Positions 36,648 to 46,042 of a stretch of 64,000 nucleotides of DNA are shown here, one piece after another. The stretch comes from Candidatus Multivoradales bacterium (GTDB lineage: Bacteria; Acidobacteriota; Thermoanaerobaculia; Multivoradales; JAHEKO01), in contig CBDCVR010000013.1 in NCBI GenBank assembly GCA_965223155.1, positions 736,001 through 800,000 of the forward strand. Direction: 5' to 3'. Both the position numbers and the translations under genes were made by a program. The notes beneath the pieces were generated by a model. It made no database searches, was not told the origin of the DNA, and worked only from the letters and a program-made list of their open reading frames with translations. How positions within the stretch are numbered: position 1 is the stretch's first letter; every line of letters starts with the position of its first letter.

Positions 36648-37397
36648 TCATCGGGCCACCGCCAGGTGGGCGCCGCCGTCCACCGGCAGTACCGCTCCGG
36701 TGATGTATTCGTGCCTGGCCAGAAACAGGATCGCCCGAGCCACGTCTTCGGGCCTGCCGGTGCGACCCAGCGGAATGCCGTCTCCCCGCCGCGTCCACTC
36801 GGGGTCGCGCTCGCTCGTACCCGGAGGCGGCAGGATCGCGCCCGGCACCACGCAACTGACCCGGATCTCGGGTCCCAGCTCGCGCGCCGCCGAGCGCGTC
36901 AGGTGAATCAGGCCGGCCTTCGCGGTCGCGTGCTGCGCAAATCCGTCCCAAGGCATCAAGCCGCTCAAGTCAGAGATGTTGACGATCGCCCCGGTTCCCG
37001 AGGTCTCCAGAATCCAGCGCGCTCCTTCCTGAATGCACAAGAAGGGAGCGCGCAGGTTGACGGCCAGGGCGACATCCCAGGAGGCCGCCGAGATCTCCAG
37101 CAGGGGCCCCCGTTCGAAATTGGCGGCGCTGTTGACGAGCAAATCCAACGAGGGCACTCGCGGCCGCAGCCCGGCAAAGAGCGCACGCACTTCCTCTTCG
37201 TCGGCGAGGTCCGCCCCCGCCGTCCAGGCCTCGACGCCCAGCGCTCGAATCTCCTCCGCCGTGGCGTCGGCTCGTTCCCGGGAGCGGCCGAAATGCACGA
37301 TCACCGAAACACCTTCGCCCGCCAGGGCCAACGCCACAGCCTTGCCCAGACGATGTGCCGCTCCGGTAACCAGAGCCGTCTTGCCCGCCAGATCCAT
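36648..37397 (-). CDS. SDR oxidoreductase, pteridine reductase/FolM-like
   Basis: ALVTGAAHRLG (Arg typical of PTR1/FolM), LVNSA, VNLRAPF, IVNISD. Directly upstream of folB-folK. Confidence 0.85.
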   Translation of the reverse strand: MDLAGKTALVTGAAHRLGKAVALALAGEGVSVIVHFGRSRERADATAEEIRALGVEAWTAGADLADEEEVRALFAGLRPRVPSLDLLVNSAANFERGPLLEISAASWDVALAVNLRAPFLCIQEGARWILETSGTGAIVNISDLSGLMPWDGFAQHATAKAGLIHLTRSAARELGPEIRVSCVVPGAILPPPGTSERDPEWTRRGDGIPLGRTGRPEDVARAILFLARHEYITGAVLPVDGGAHLAVAR

Positions 37398-37602
37398 CAC
37401 GATCGATGATGGGCAAAAGGTCGGGCGAGTGTCAACCGGACCACGACGCCGCTGATAGATTCGGCCGCAAACCCTAACTCCTGGGAGGCCCCTCTGCAGC
37501 ACGCCATCTCTCCGGCTCCGGCCGCCCCCCGATTACGCAAGCCGCCGGCTCCAGCCGCCGCAGGCCAGCACCGTTTCGCTGGCGTCCGCTCGCGGCGGCC
37601 CT

Positions 37603-37878
37603 GGCGGTGGCCTGCTCGCGTTTCAGAGCACCCGCCGAGATGGCAAGTCCAACGACGTCTGGGTCCTGGATCCCGACGAGCCCGACTCCGCGCGATTGGT
37701 CTTCGAGGCTCCCGGCGGTAGCTGGTACGCGGCCGCCGATTGGAGCGCCGGCGGTAGCCAGCTCCTGGTCATGCAGTACGTCAGCATCACCGACTCCCGG
37801 ATCCACCTGCTGAACCTCGAGACCGGAGAATCGCGCCGCATCGCCGTGGTCGGAGAGGCACCCTTGCAGCCGAGGTAG
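37603..37878 (+). pseudogene. Internal fragment of an S9 (prolyl oligopeptidase-type) peptidase beta-propeller
   Basis: Frame reads GGLLAFQSTRRDGKSNDVWVLDPDEPDSARLVFEAPGGSWYAAADWSAGGSQLLVMQYVSITDSRIHLLNLETGE. No plausible start and no catalytic domain. Confidence 0.6.
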
Positions 37879-37992
37879 GAGTCCAGGTGGTCGGGCCGCT
37901 TGGCGCTTTCGGCTGTGGGCTAGTCCGCGCCGAAAAGTCGAGAGTTCGGCTATACTTACGACCCTTCGAGCCCCTGCGGCAGCCCTTTTCCC

Positions 37993-39255
37993 ATGACCAA
38001 CGCTAGCAACCGCCAGGCGTCGATCGACTCGCGGCGAATCGACCTCGAACGGGAAATCTCGATCCGAGTTCCCCGCTTCGATACCTTTGTCACCGAGTAC
38101 TCCCAGAACATCTCGACTACCGGGATGTTCATCGTCTCCGAGCAGCCACAGCCTCCCGGCACCACGTTCTCGTTCGAATTCAGCGTCGCCGACGACTGGA
38201 AGCTGATTCGCGGCAAGGCCCAGGTCGTCTGGACCCGGTACCGGAGCGAGGGCCCCGAGCGCCCGGCCGGCATGGGCGTGCGCTTCGTCGAACTGGACGC
38301 CCAAAGCCGGCGGCTGATCCGATGGATCGTTGAAAAGCATATCCGGGAAGGCGGAACGCCCTTCGAGCTGGACGATCTTCGTAACGTCATCGACGAGGCC
38401 CTCGAGGAAGTCGAGCCCTTTGACACCCCGGCCGGCTCGACCGCCGCGTTGCGTCCACCGGCCCCGACGCGCCCCAAGCCCGAGGCCCGGCCCCGGCCGA
38501 CCACAATGGCGAAACCGGCGACCACCGCCAAGCGCCCTCCGGCCAAGGCCGGGACGGGCAATGACCGAAACATGGTGCCCCTTCTGGCCACGGCCGGAGC
38601 CGTCGTCCTGGCCCTCGCGCTGCTCTTCTGGCTGACCGAGTGGATCCCCAAGATCGGGGCCGAGACAGCCAGCGAGGAGTCGTCCGTCGCGGGTACTCCT
38701 GACGACGCCGAGTCCACGCCGGGCGAGCAGGACGCAGCCGACAGCTCGAACCCGGTACTTTCCGCGGCCGCCCGCTCAGGAGAGCCCAGCGCCGAGATCA
38801 ACACCGAACCGACCGCCGAAGTCCCAGCCACCCCGGAGGAGGGTCCCTCCGGGGTGGAGGTGGCGACGGCAGTGCCCGAAGCGCCAGCTTCGGTCGCGAT
38901 GCCGCCCCTGGGATCAGCCTACCCCGGCGTACGCGACACGGTTACCTCCTGGGCCGACGCCTGGTCCGCCCAGGACGCGGATCGGTACCTGGAGCACTAC
39001 TCCGAGGCCTTCGAGCCCGGCGGGGCGCTCAGCCTGCCGGCCTGGAGGAGCCAGCGGCGCCAGCGGCTGGTCGCCCCTGAGTTCATCAACGTGTCCGTCT
39101 CCCAGCTCGACATGCAGCGAGTGGACGACGCTCGGGTCCAGGTCACCTTCTTCCAGGCCTACCGCTCGAACCGCTTCAGCGACGAGGTGCAGAAGACCTT
39201 GGATCTGGTCTGGGAGCGCGGCGCCTGGAAGATCTGGCGCGAAGTCAGTCGATAA
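37993..39255 (+). CDS. TIGR02266-like PilZ domain + TM + C-terminal NTF2-like domain protein
   Basis: FVTEYSQNISTTGMFI...GKAQVVW...GMGVRF, proline-rich linker, TM segment, then SWADAWSAQDADRYLEHYS...TFFQAYRS...KTLDL...WKIWRE. Confidence 0.8.
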   Translation: MTNASNRQASIDSRRIDLEREISIRVPRFDTFVTEYSQNISTTGMFIVSEQPQPPGTTFSFEFSVADDWKLIRGKAQVVWTRYRSEGPERPAGMGVRFVELDAQSRRLIRWIVEKHIREGGTPFELDDLRNVIDEALEEVEPFDTPAGSTAALRPPAPTRPKPEARPRPTTMAKPATTAKRPPAKAGTGNDRNMVPLLATAGAVVLALALLFWLTEWIPKIGAETASEESSVAGTPDDAESTPGEQDAADSSNPVLSAAARSGEPSAEINTEPTAEVPATPEEGPSGVEVATAVPEAPASVAMPPLGSAYPGVRDTVTSWADAWSAQDADRYLEHYSEAFEPGGALSLPAWRSQRRQRLVAPEFINVSVSQLDMQRVDDARVQVTFFQAYRSNRFSDEVQKTLDLVWERGAWKIWREVSR

Positions 39256-41536
39256 CCGGCTCCGGCTCCCGCCCGAAGAGGAACCCGCCGCGTGGCGGCT
39301 CGTGGCCGTCGCGAAAGATCTCCCGGTAGGCACCGCGCCGGAACGAACGAACCCGCCGGCCGGTGGCCGGATCGATCCAGCGCTCGACGAGCCCACGCGG
39401 GCCTGCGGCGGTGGCGGCCGGTACCGCCGGGGCCAGCGGAGCAACCGCCTCGGCGAAGGCTCTCCAGATGGGAGCCGCGGCTTGGGCCCCGCTCGAGCCC
39501 AAGGGATGGCCGTCATCGTGCCCCACCCAGACGACCACGACCACCGAGCCGACGGTACCGGCGAACCAGGCGTCACGCCGTCCGGATGAGGTCCCGGTCT
39601 TCCCCACCACCCGGCGGCCCGCCACGCGCGACCGGCCGAGGCTTCGCTCCGAGGCTTCACGCAAGAGGTCCCGCACCAGGTAGGCCGACGCCGCCCGAGC
39701 CACCCGCCCGCGCCGGGAGCGCTCGCGGCCGAGCGTTCTGCCCGAAGGTGTGGTCACGCGCTGGAGCGCGACGGGCTCACGCGCCCAACCCAGGTCCACG
39801 AAGGCGGTGTAGGCCTGCGCCAGCTCCAGCGGCGAGGTTTCGAGCGCGCCCAGCACGAATGAAGGCGGCGGAGACTTGGCCACCGACAAGCCGGCCTTGC
39901 GGAAGCGCTCGGCCGTGGCCTCCCAGCCGCAGTGCCGAGCGATGCGAACCAGAGGCACGTTCAGGGACTGGACGACCGCGGTCCGCAGGCTGACCACGTC
40001 CCCATACCGGCCATCGGAGTTCTCCGGCCGCCAGGAGCCAGCTGGCAGCTTGAGCTCAAAGGGACGGTCCACGATCCGCCGCGCAGCGTGCAGGGCCTCG
40101 CGGCTACCGCAGCGTTCGAGTGCTTCGAGCACGACAAACGGTTTGACGGTCGAGCCGGGCTGGCGGCGCGCCAGGGTTACGCGGTCGAGCTCCCCTCCTC
40201 CCCGAGGATCGCCACCGACGGCGGCCAGCACCCGACCCGAAACGCCATCGACCGCGATCAAAGCCGCTTCGGGCCGACGCCCACGTCGCGCCAGCCGGTC
40301 GAGCCCAGCCCGAACCGCCGCCTCGGCGGCCCGCTGCATCGAGGGCTCGAGCGTCGTTTCGAGCACCATGCCGGTGCCGTCCTCTGATCGGCGCGGCGCC
40401 AACTCGGAGACCTCCCGCCGCAGGAACGCCAGCATGGACTGCGCCAGCTCGGGCGCGGGGCGGCGGGCCGGAGCGCTGGGAAGCGCCCGCCCGCGGGCCC
40501 GGGTCGCGGCACTCTCGTCGGCCCAGCCCAGCTCCTCGAGGCGGCTCAACACCAGATCCCGGCGTTCCCGGGCGCGCTCAGCGTGCCGGAAGGGGGCCAG
40601 CCGGTTGGGTCCCTGGATCAGAGCGGCGAGCAGCGCCCCTTCAGCCAGATCCAGCTCGGCCACCTCGTGCCCGAAGAAGGCCCGAGCCGCGGTTGCCAGG
40701 CCGTAGATGGCGACACCGTCGAGGTGCCCCATGTAGACCGAATTGAGATAGGCCTCGAGGATGTCTTCCTTCGCATGCTCGGCCTCGAGGGCAAGGGCGC
40801 GGGCCGCCTCGGAGACCTTCCGGCCCAGAGTCCTCTTGGGGCTGAGGTCGCGGATCTTGATCAACTGCTGGGTGATCGTGCTGCCGCCCTGAGTCACCCG
40901 CCCGGCGCGCGCGTTTCGGACCAGGGCACGGGCCACCGACCTGGGATCCACTCCGGAATGCTCGAAGAAGCGGGCGTCCTCGATCGCCAGCACCGCGCGC
41001 CAGACATGCTCCGGATAGCCCTCCAGGTTCGCCCAAATTCGCTTCGCCCGGGGGCCCGCGAGGCTCTCGGCCAACACCACCGGTGCCAGCTCGACCTCGC
41101 TTCGCTCCCTCGGTCCGCCGTCGTGTGCCCGGATGGCCAGAACCCGCGCCGAGCTCCGCTCCAACAGGATTTCCAGAAGCGGCGAGTCGCCGGTTCTGGC
41201 GGCGTCCTCCGCGCTCAGGTGGATCCAGAAGCGCTCGTGCCCCCAGAAGAAACCGCCGGGCGCCGCTGGCTTGCCGCGAAGCCGCGAATATCCCTGCCGG
41301 GTGAGACGCTCGGCGAGGGCCGCGGCCGCCAGGTCCTCGCCCACTCGGATGCGTACCGGCGCCGACAGCACGCGCACATCGTTCCGCCCGAGCTGGCCCC
41401 GGAGGGACCCCGCCTCGGCCAACGCCGGGACCAGACCGGCCAGGGCCAAGACCAAGACGAGCAGCCTACGGACTGGCCCCAACGAGACCGTCCGCCGAGC
41501 GGCGAACGAAAGGTTTCTGGCAACGTTTCGAGCCAC
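39245..41536 (-). CDS. Class A penicillin-binding protein (PBP1B-like)
   Basis: UB2H-like segment; transglycosylase EDARFFEH, GGSTITQQL, RKVSE; transpeptidase STVK, SLN, KTG. Confidence 0.9.
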   Translation of the reverse strand: MARNVARNLSFAARRTVSLGPVRRLLVLVLALAGLVPALAEAGSLRGQLGRNDVRVLSAPVRIRVGEDLAAAALAERLTRQGYSRLRGKPAAPGGFFWGHERFWIHLSAEDAARTGDSPLLEILLERSSARVLAIRAHDGGPRERSEVELAPVVLAESLAGPRAKRIWANLEGYPEHVWRAVLAIEDARFFEHSGVDPRSVARALVRNARAGRVTQGGSTITQQLIKIRDLSPKRTLGRKVSEAARALALEAEHAKEDILEAYLNSVYMGHLDGVAIYGLATAARAFFGHEVAELDLAEGALLAALIQGPNRLAPFRHAERARERRDLVLSRLEELGWADESAATRARGRALPSAPARRPAPELAQSMLAFLRREVSELAPRRSEDGTGMVLETTLEPSMQRAAEAAVRAGLDRLARRGRRPEAALIAVDGVSGRVLAAVGGDPRGGGELDRVTLARRQPGSTVKPFVVLEALERCGSREALHAARRIVDRPFELKLPAGSWRPENSDGRYGDVVSLRTAVVQSLNVPLVRIARHCGWEATAERFRKAGLSVAKSPPPSFVLGALETSPLELAQAYTAFVDLGWAREPVALQRVTTPSGRTLGRERSRRGRVARAASAYLVRDLLREASERSLGRSRVAGRRVVGKTGTSSGRRDAWFAGTVGSVVVVVWVGHDDGHPLGSSGAQAAAPIWRAFAEAVAPLAPAVPAATAAGPRGLVERWIDPATGRRVRSFRRGAYREIFRDGHEPPRGGFLFGREPEPVID

Positions 41537-41556
41537 GACCGTTGTTCAGGCAACCA

Positions 41557-42318
41557 TCATGCCAGGGGCAACTTGTAGAAGCGGCACGCGGTCTCGAAAG
41601 TCGTCTCGGCCACCTCTTCGACGGACAAACCCTTGAGCTCGGCCACCGCGGCCGCCGCCCGAGCCACCTGGGCGGGCTCGTTGCGGGCATCCACCTCCAC
41701 TCCCAGCACGGGACTGTCGGTTTCGAGCATCAGGTGGGAAAGCGGTAGGCGCCGAGCCAGCTTCTGCTTCTGGGCTGAGCGCACGACCGACGGCGGGACC
41801 GAAAACACGAACCCAGCCTCCACCGCCCGCTCGGCGTGCACCGCCTTGCCGTCGAAGGCATGCATGTGCACCCGTTCGGAGCCGTGCTCGAGCAGGAAGT
41901 CGATGGTGTGGTGCCCGGCCGAGCGCGAGTGCACGTTGAGGGGCAGGTCCAGCTCACGGGCCAGCGCCACGAAACCCGCCAGGATCTCTCGCTGTAGCTC
42001 GCGGTCGGCGGCGTCCTGCACCTTCCAGTAGTCCAGCCCGACCTCCCCGATCGCGACCAGGCGCCCGGCGTGGCCCCGCACGAAGGTCTCCATCTCTTTT
42101 GCCGCCCGCCGGTCCAGGATCGTGGGAAAGAGCCCGGCGGCGGGCAAGATCGCCGGGCGCCCCTCGGAGAGCTCGAGGTTGCGGCGCGCGTCCGCCAGGG
42201 TTTCGGAAACCGCCACGACGCCGCGAACGCCGGCCTCAGCCGCTCGCTGCAGAACCTCGTCCAGATCCGGCACGAACGCCGGATCACACAGATGAGCGTG
42301 GGTATCGAGAAAACGCAC
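41557..42318 (-). CDS. tatD: TatD family hydrolase
   Basis: DTHAH, IGEVGLD, VHSR, HAF, LETDSP. Confidence 0.93.
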   Translation of the reverse strand: MRFLDTHAHLCDPAFVPDLDEVLQRAAEAGVRGVVAVSETLADARRNLELSEGRPAILPAAGLFPTILDRRAAKEMETFVRGHAGRLVAIGEVGLDYWKVQDAADRELQREILAGFVALARELDLPLNVHSRSAGHHTIDFLLEHGSERVHMHAFDGKAVHAERAVEAGFVFSVPPSVVRSAQKQKLARRLPLSHLMLETDSPVLGVEVDARNEPAQVARAAAAVAELKGLSVEEVAETTFETACRFYKLPLA

Positions 42319-42361
42319 GGGCTTTCGGCTCCAGCCGGGAGGCAGCGGATTCCAGTCTCCG

Positions 42362-43252
42362 CTACAGACCCCGCACTCGCTCCGAGCCCGTATACACGTT
42401 GAAGCGACCGTCGCGCAGAAAACCGACCAGAATAAGTCCGCAAGCGGCCGCGGTCTCGATCGCCAGGCTGCTCGGCGCGCTCACCGATAGGAGCGCTTCC
42501 GCCCCGGCCCGGACGGCCTTCTGGACGAGCTCGAAGCCGGCCCGGCCGCTCACCACCAGCATCCGGTCACTCGCCGGAATCTCGCCGGCCAGCAAAAGGT
42601 TGCCCACGACCTTGTCAACCGCGTTGTGGCGACCCACATCCTCGCGCAGGACCTCCAGATACCCGGATGCGTCAAAGACCCCGCAGGCATGGAGCCCACC
42701 TGTGCGGGCGAAGACTCCCTGCGTCTCGAGCAACCGCTCGGGCAACGCGTGCAGCAGGGCGCCGTCCAGCTCGAAGCCGGACTCTCCGGCGAGAGGCCGC
42801 GGTTCGACTCCGCGCAGAACCTGCTCGATGGACTCCTTGGCGCAGACGCCGCAACTCGAGGACGAGATTGCGTTGCGGCGGTGCTCGGCGGAATCAAAGG
42901 CGACACCGGGCCGAAGATGCACGTCAACGACGTTGCCCGGATGAAGCGTCTCCGAGCAGTGGTCGATACGCCAGATCTCATCGGCGGTCTCGACGATGCC
43001 TTCAGCAAGGACGAAGCCGGCAGCCAGCTCCAGGTCGTGTCCCGGCGAACGCATGGTCACTACCAGCCGGTCGGTACTCGGAGCGCCCGCCTGCTCCGAG
43101 ACAATGCGGATCTCCAGTGGCTCCTCCACCGCCACCAGGTCGTCACGCTCTTGGGCGTCCTCGGCAACGGCCACCAGCCGGACCCGCCGGCTGGCGCCGG
43201 CGGCCGCCGGCGTGACCCGAGGAGCATGCCGTGACTCTGGATCGCGGCTCAT
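42362..43252 (-). CDS. fdhD: Formate dehydrogenase accessory sulfurtransferase
   Basis: VEEPLEI, MRSPGHD, SSCGVC, TGGLHA, EDVGRHNAVDK. Confidence 0.95.
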   Translation of the reverse strand: MSRDPESRHAPRVTPAAAGASRRVRLVAVAEDAQERDDLVAVEEPLEIRIVSEQAGAPSTDRLVVTMRSPGHDLELAAGFVLAEGIVETADEIWRIDHCSETLHPGNVVDVHLRPGVAFDSAEHRRNAISSSSCGVCAKESIEQVLRGVEPRPLAGESGFELDGALLHALPERLLETQGVFARTGGLHACGVFDASGYLEVLREDVGRHNAVDKVVGNLLLAGEIPASDRMLVVSGRAGFELVQKAVRAGAEALLSVSAPSSLAIETAAACGLILVGFLRDGRFNVYTGSERVRGL

Positions 43253-43953
43253 CGCACCCGCTCGGCGCTCAAACGCTCCTCGCCGTCGCGCCGGGAAATC
43301 CCGGGACTCCCATTCCGTTCACTGTCGGGATTCTCCAGCAGGTCTTCCGCCAAATCTTCCGGCGCGTTCACGTTCTGGAGAAGGCGCGGATGGTACAGAG
43401 GCGCGCCAGGCTCGACATCGAGCCAGAGGACTCCCAACTCGTCGAGAGCGGCCGCCACGGCCAACCGGTTGCCATCCAAGCAGGCTCGCACCACGGGCAG
43501 GCAGCTCACGGCGTAGAGACCGCAAAGGGGCTGGATGCGGCCTCCGGACCGAAGCACGATGGCGTCGGCAAGCGAGCTCGTATCGGACGAAGGTCCCGCC
43601 GACGGCAGCTCCCGATGGCGCTCGACCAGGGCCTCAAGCACCTCGATCGTCATCCCAGGAAGATCGCAGGCCAGCACCAAAGCCGGACCTCCCTCGCCGG
43701 CCTGGAGCCCCGCTTCGAGACCCGCTAGCGGCCCCCGGTCCGGCAACCGGTCGGAAACGGCCGAAACTCCGGGCGGCAGCGCCAGGCGCCTCGACCCGAC
43801 CGAGACCACGACGCGGCCGCAGACCGCGGCCAGCTTCTCGACCCCCGATTCCAGAAGCGTCTTTCCAGCCAAGCGGACAAGAGCCTTGTCCCGACCCAAG
43901 CGGCGGCTGGAGCCGCCCGCCAGCAGAACGCCTGTCACCTCGGGAGCGGTCAT
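43249..43953 (-). CDS. mobA: Molybdenum cofactor guanylyltransferase
   Basis: LLAGGSSRRLGRDKA, GPLAGL, ACDLP, QPLCGLY, NVNAPED. Start ATG at 43953; 43959 and 43962 are alternatives. Confidence 0.92.
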   Translation of the reverse strand: MTAPEVTGVLLAGGSSRRLGRDKALVRLAGKTLLESGVEKLAAVCGRVVVSVGSRRLALPPGVSAVSDRLPDRGPLAGLEAGLQAGEGGPALVLACDLPGMTIEVLEALVERHRELPSAGPSSDTSSLADAIVLRSGGRIQPLCGLYAVSCLPVVRACLDGNRLAVAAALDELGVLWLDVEPGAPLYHPRLLQNVNAPEDLAEDLLENPDSERNGSPGISRRDGEERLSAERVR

Positions 43954-44055
43954 GGACATCATGCTAGCAAGGCGGATCGCGCGCGATCTGGCCCGGGAGC
44001 CCAGGCGGCGGGTGGTACGATCGGGCGGGTTGGCTATAAGGTAGATGGTGATTCC

Positions 44056-44424
44056 ATGACAACGGTTCTTCTGGTCGATGACGAGAAACACGTCCTCAAC
44101 GTCGTCGGCGCGATGCTGGCAAAGCGCGGCCTGCGCGTGCTCTCAGCGCCCAGCGGAGAGGAGGCCCTGGAACTGCTCGAGCACGAAACTCCCGATCTCG
44201 CGCTCCTCGACATCGTGCTGCCGGGCATCGACGGCGCCACGCTGGCCCAACGAATTCAGGACCGGCCCGAGACCCGTCATGTACCGGTCGTTTTCTTGAC
44301 CGGGCTGATCAACAGCAACGAGATCCATCGTGACGGGAATCAGATTGGGGGACGCTACTTCCTGGCGAAACCCTTTGACGCGAACCAGCTCTTCGAGGTC
44401 ATCGAGCTGGCCTTCGGCGGCTAG
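44056..44424 (+). CDS. Single-domain response regulator
   Basis: LLVDDE, LLDIVLP (phospho-Asp), FLTG, AKPF. Confidence 0.92.
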   Translation: MTTVLLVDDEKHVLNVVGAMLAKRGLRVLSAPSGEEALELLEHETPDLALLDIVLPGIDGATLAQRIQDRPETRHVPVVFLTGLINSNEIHRDGNQIGGRYFLAKPFDANQLFEVIELAFGG

Positions 44425-46042
44425 GTCTCCGCACGGCTCCGCTCCGAGCCCCGCGCTCCGGGAACGGCGTCCGACGCAGAGGCTGCCGCCGAGCCGCGAG
44501 TCCGTCCGCACCCGGCGTCGCGTCCCGGCCCTCCTGCTCGGCCTCTCGCTCAGCCTCTGGGGGCTGACGGCGCCCCTCGGCGGCGCCGGTCCAATCGCCC
44601 CGCCGGAACCGGTGCCCGTCCAGGAGCTGGCGCTCGCCAACGGCATGCGCTTCTTGCTGGTCGATCGACCGGAGCTGGCCGTGGTGCATGCGGGCTGGGT
44701 CCTGGAGGTCGGCTCGGCGGACGACCCGCGTGACGGCCGCGGTTTGGGGCATCTGCTGGAGCACGTGCTCTTTCAAGGAACCGAAACCATCGGGACGCGT
44801 TCCTGGACCCTGGAGCAACCGCTTCGGGAGCGCTTCGAAGAGCTCCAGGAACGGCAGCGCAAGGCACGCGAGGCCAGGCCCGGTTCCCGGGCGGCGCGCA
44901 AGCTCCCGGAGTTGGCACGCGAGCTTCAGGCGGTCCAGGCCGAACTGGACGTCCTGCTCCGTCGTGGCGAGCTCTCGCTCCTGTACTCCGAAGCCGGCGG
45001 CACCGGTCTCAACGCCCACGCCTTCAAGGACTTCACCATGCACTTCGTGAGCGTTCCGGCCGAGAAGCTGGAGCTCTGGTTCTGGCTCGAATCGGACCGG
45101 CTGCTGGCTCCGGTGGTCCGAGAGGTCGAACGCGAGGTGCGGGTCGTCCGGCAAGAGTACCGGCAGCGGGTCGAGTCGGTTCCGACCGGCCTCGCCGACC
45201 TTGCCGTGGAAGCCCGATACTGGGGCAACTCCCCGTACGCTCACAAGCCCCTCGGCAATCCGGACGAGGTCAGCGCCTTGAGCCCGGCGCGGATCCGGTC
45301 GTTCCTGAGTCGCGAGTACCGTCCCGGGCGCCTGACCGCCGTCCTGGTCGGCCCGGTCGGCAAGCATGACGTCGCCGGCCTGGCCGAGACCTACTTCGGC
45401 CGGCTCGGTGGCTCGCCGGCCACGACCGAAAACGCCGACAACGCCGGCGAGCCAGCCAGCCATCCCACCGGCACCTTCGAGGTGCCCTGCCCGTGCCCGG
45501 ACCAAGTTCGCATCTTCTACCCGACGGTAGCGCTATCCGATCCGGACACCGCCGCGCTCCAGGTCCTGGCGGGCGTTCTCAACGGCCGCTCCGGACGCCT
45601 CTTTCGCCATCTGGTCGAGCCCGGCATCGCCTTCCGAGCCGCGGCCCAGCAGCAACCGTACCGGCACGCGGGCTTCTTCCTCTACTCGGCCGAGACCACG
45701 GCCGACAGCACCGTCGAAGACCTGATCGCCTCCTGGGACGCCGAGGTCGCGGCACTCCAAGCCGCGCCGCCCGCCGACGACGAGCTGGAACGCGTCCGCA
45801 ATCAGCTCGCGGCCAACGCCTACCGCCGACTCCAAGACCCGTCGAAGCTGCGCACGCAACTCCTGGTCTACGCCGGCTTGGGCCGCTGGCAGACACTTCA
45901 TCTGGGACCGGCCCGGCTCCTCGCGGTCCAGGCCGGAGACGTCCGGCGCGCCGCCGTCCGGTATCTGGCCGCCGAGCGCCGCTTCGTCGGCGTCTACCGC
46001 GACTCGCGGCAACCAGCCGGAGCCATCGATGCCGAGCGCTAA
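44330..46042 (+). CDS. M16 family zinc peptidase, catalytic subunit (start uncertain)
   Basis: LANGM, GSADD, HLLEH (HxxEH), GGTGLNA, LESDR, and a signal-like hydrophobic segment. The only canonical start upstream of that segment overlaps the preceding gene. Confidence 0.85.
   Translation: MTGIRLGDATSWRNPLTRTSSSRSSSWPSAARSPHGSAPSPALRERRPTQRLPPSRESVRTRRRVPALLLGLSLSLWGLTAPLGGAGPIAPPEPVPVQELALANGMRFLLVDRPELAVVHAGWVLEVGSADDPRDGRGLGHLLEHVLFQGTETIGTRSWTLEQPLRERFEELQERQRKAREARPGSRAARKLPELARELQAVQAELDVLLRRGELSLLYSEAGGTGLNAHAFKDFTMHFVSVPAEKLELWFWLESDRLLAPVVREVEREVRVVRQEYRQRVESVPTGLADLAVEARYWGNSPYAHKPLGNPDEVSALSPARIRSFLSREYRPGRLTAVLVGPVGKHDVAGLAETYFGRLGGSPATTENADNAGEPASHPTGTFEVPCPCPDQVRIFYPTVALSDPDTAALQVLAGVLNGRSGRLFRHLVEPGIAFRAAAQQQPYRHAGFFLYSAETTADSTVEDLIASWDAEVAALQAAPPADDELERVRNQLAANAYRRLQDPSKLRTQLLVYAGLGRWQTLHLGPARLLAVQAGDVRRAAVRYLAAERRFVGVYRDSRQPAGAIDAER

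Noticed and set aside
37534-37546. 13-bp match TACGCAAGCCGCC shared with the tldD upstream region (9073-9085)
   Set aside because: No AAAC -35 element at the proper distance, and a single 13-mer match in GC-rich DNA may be chance.
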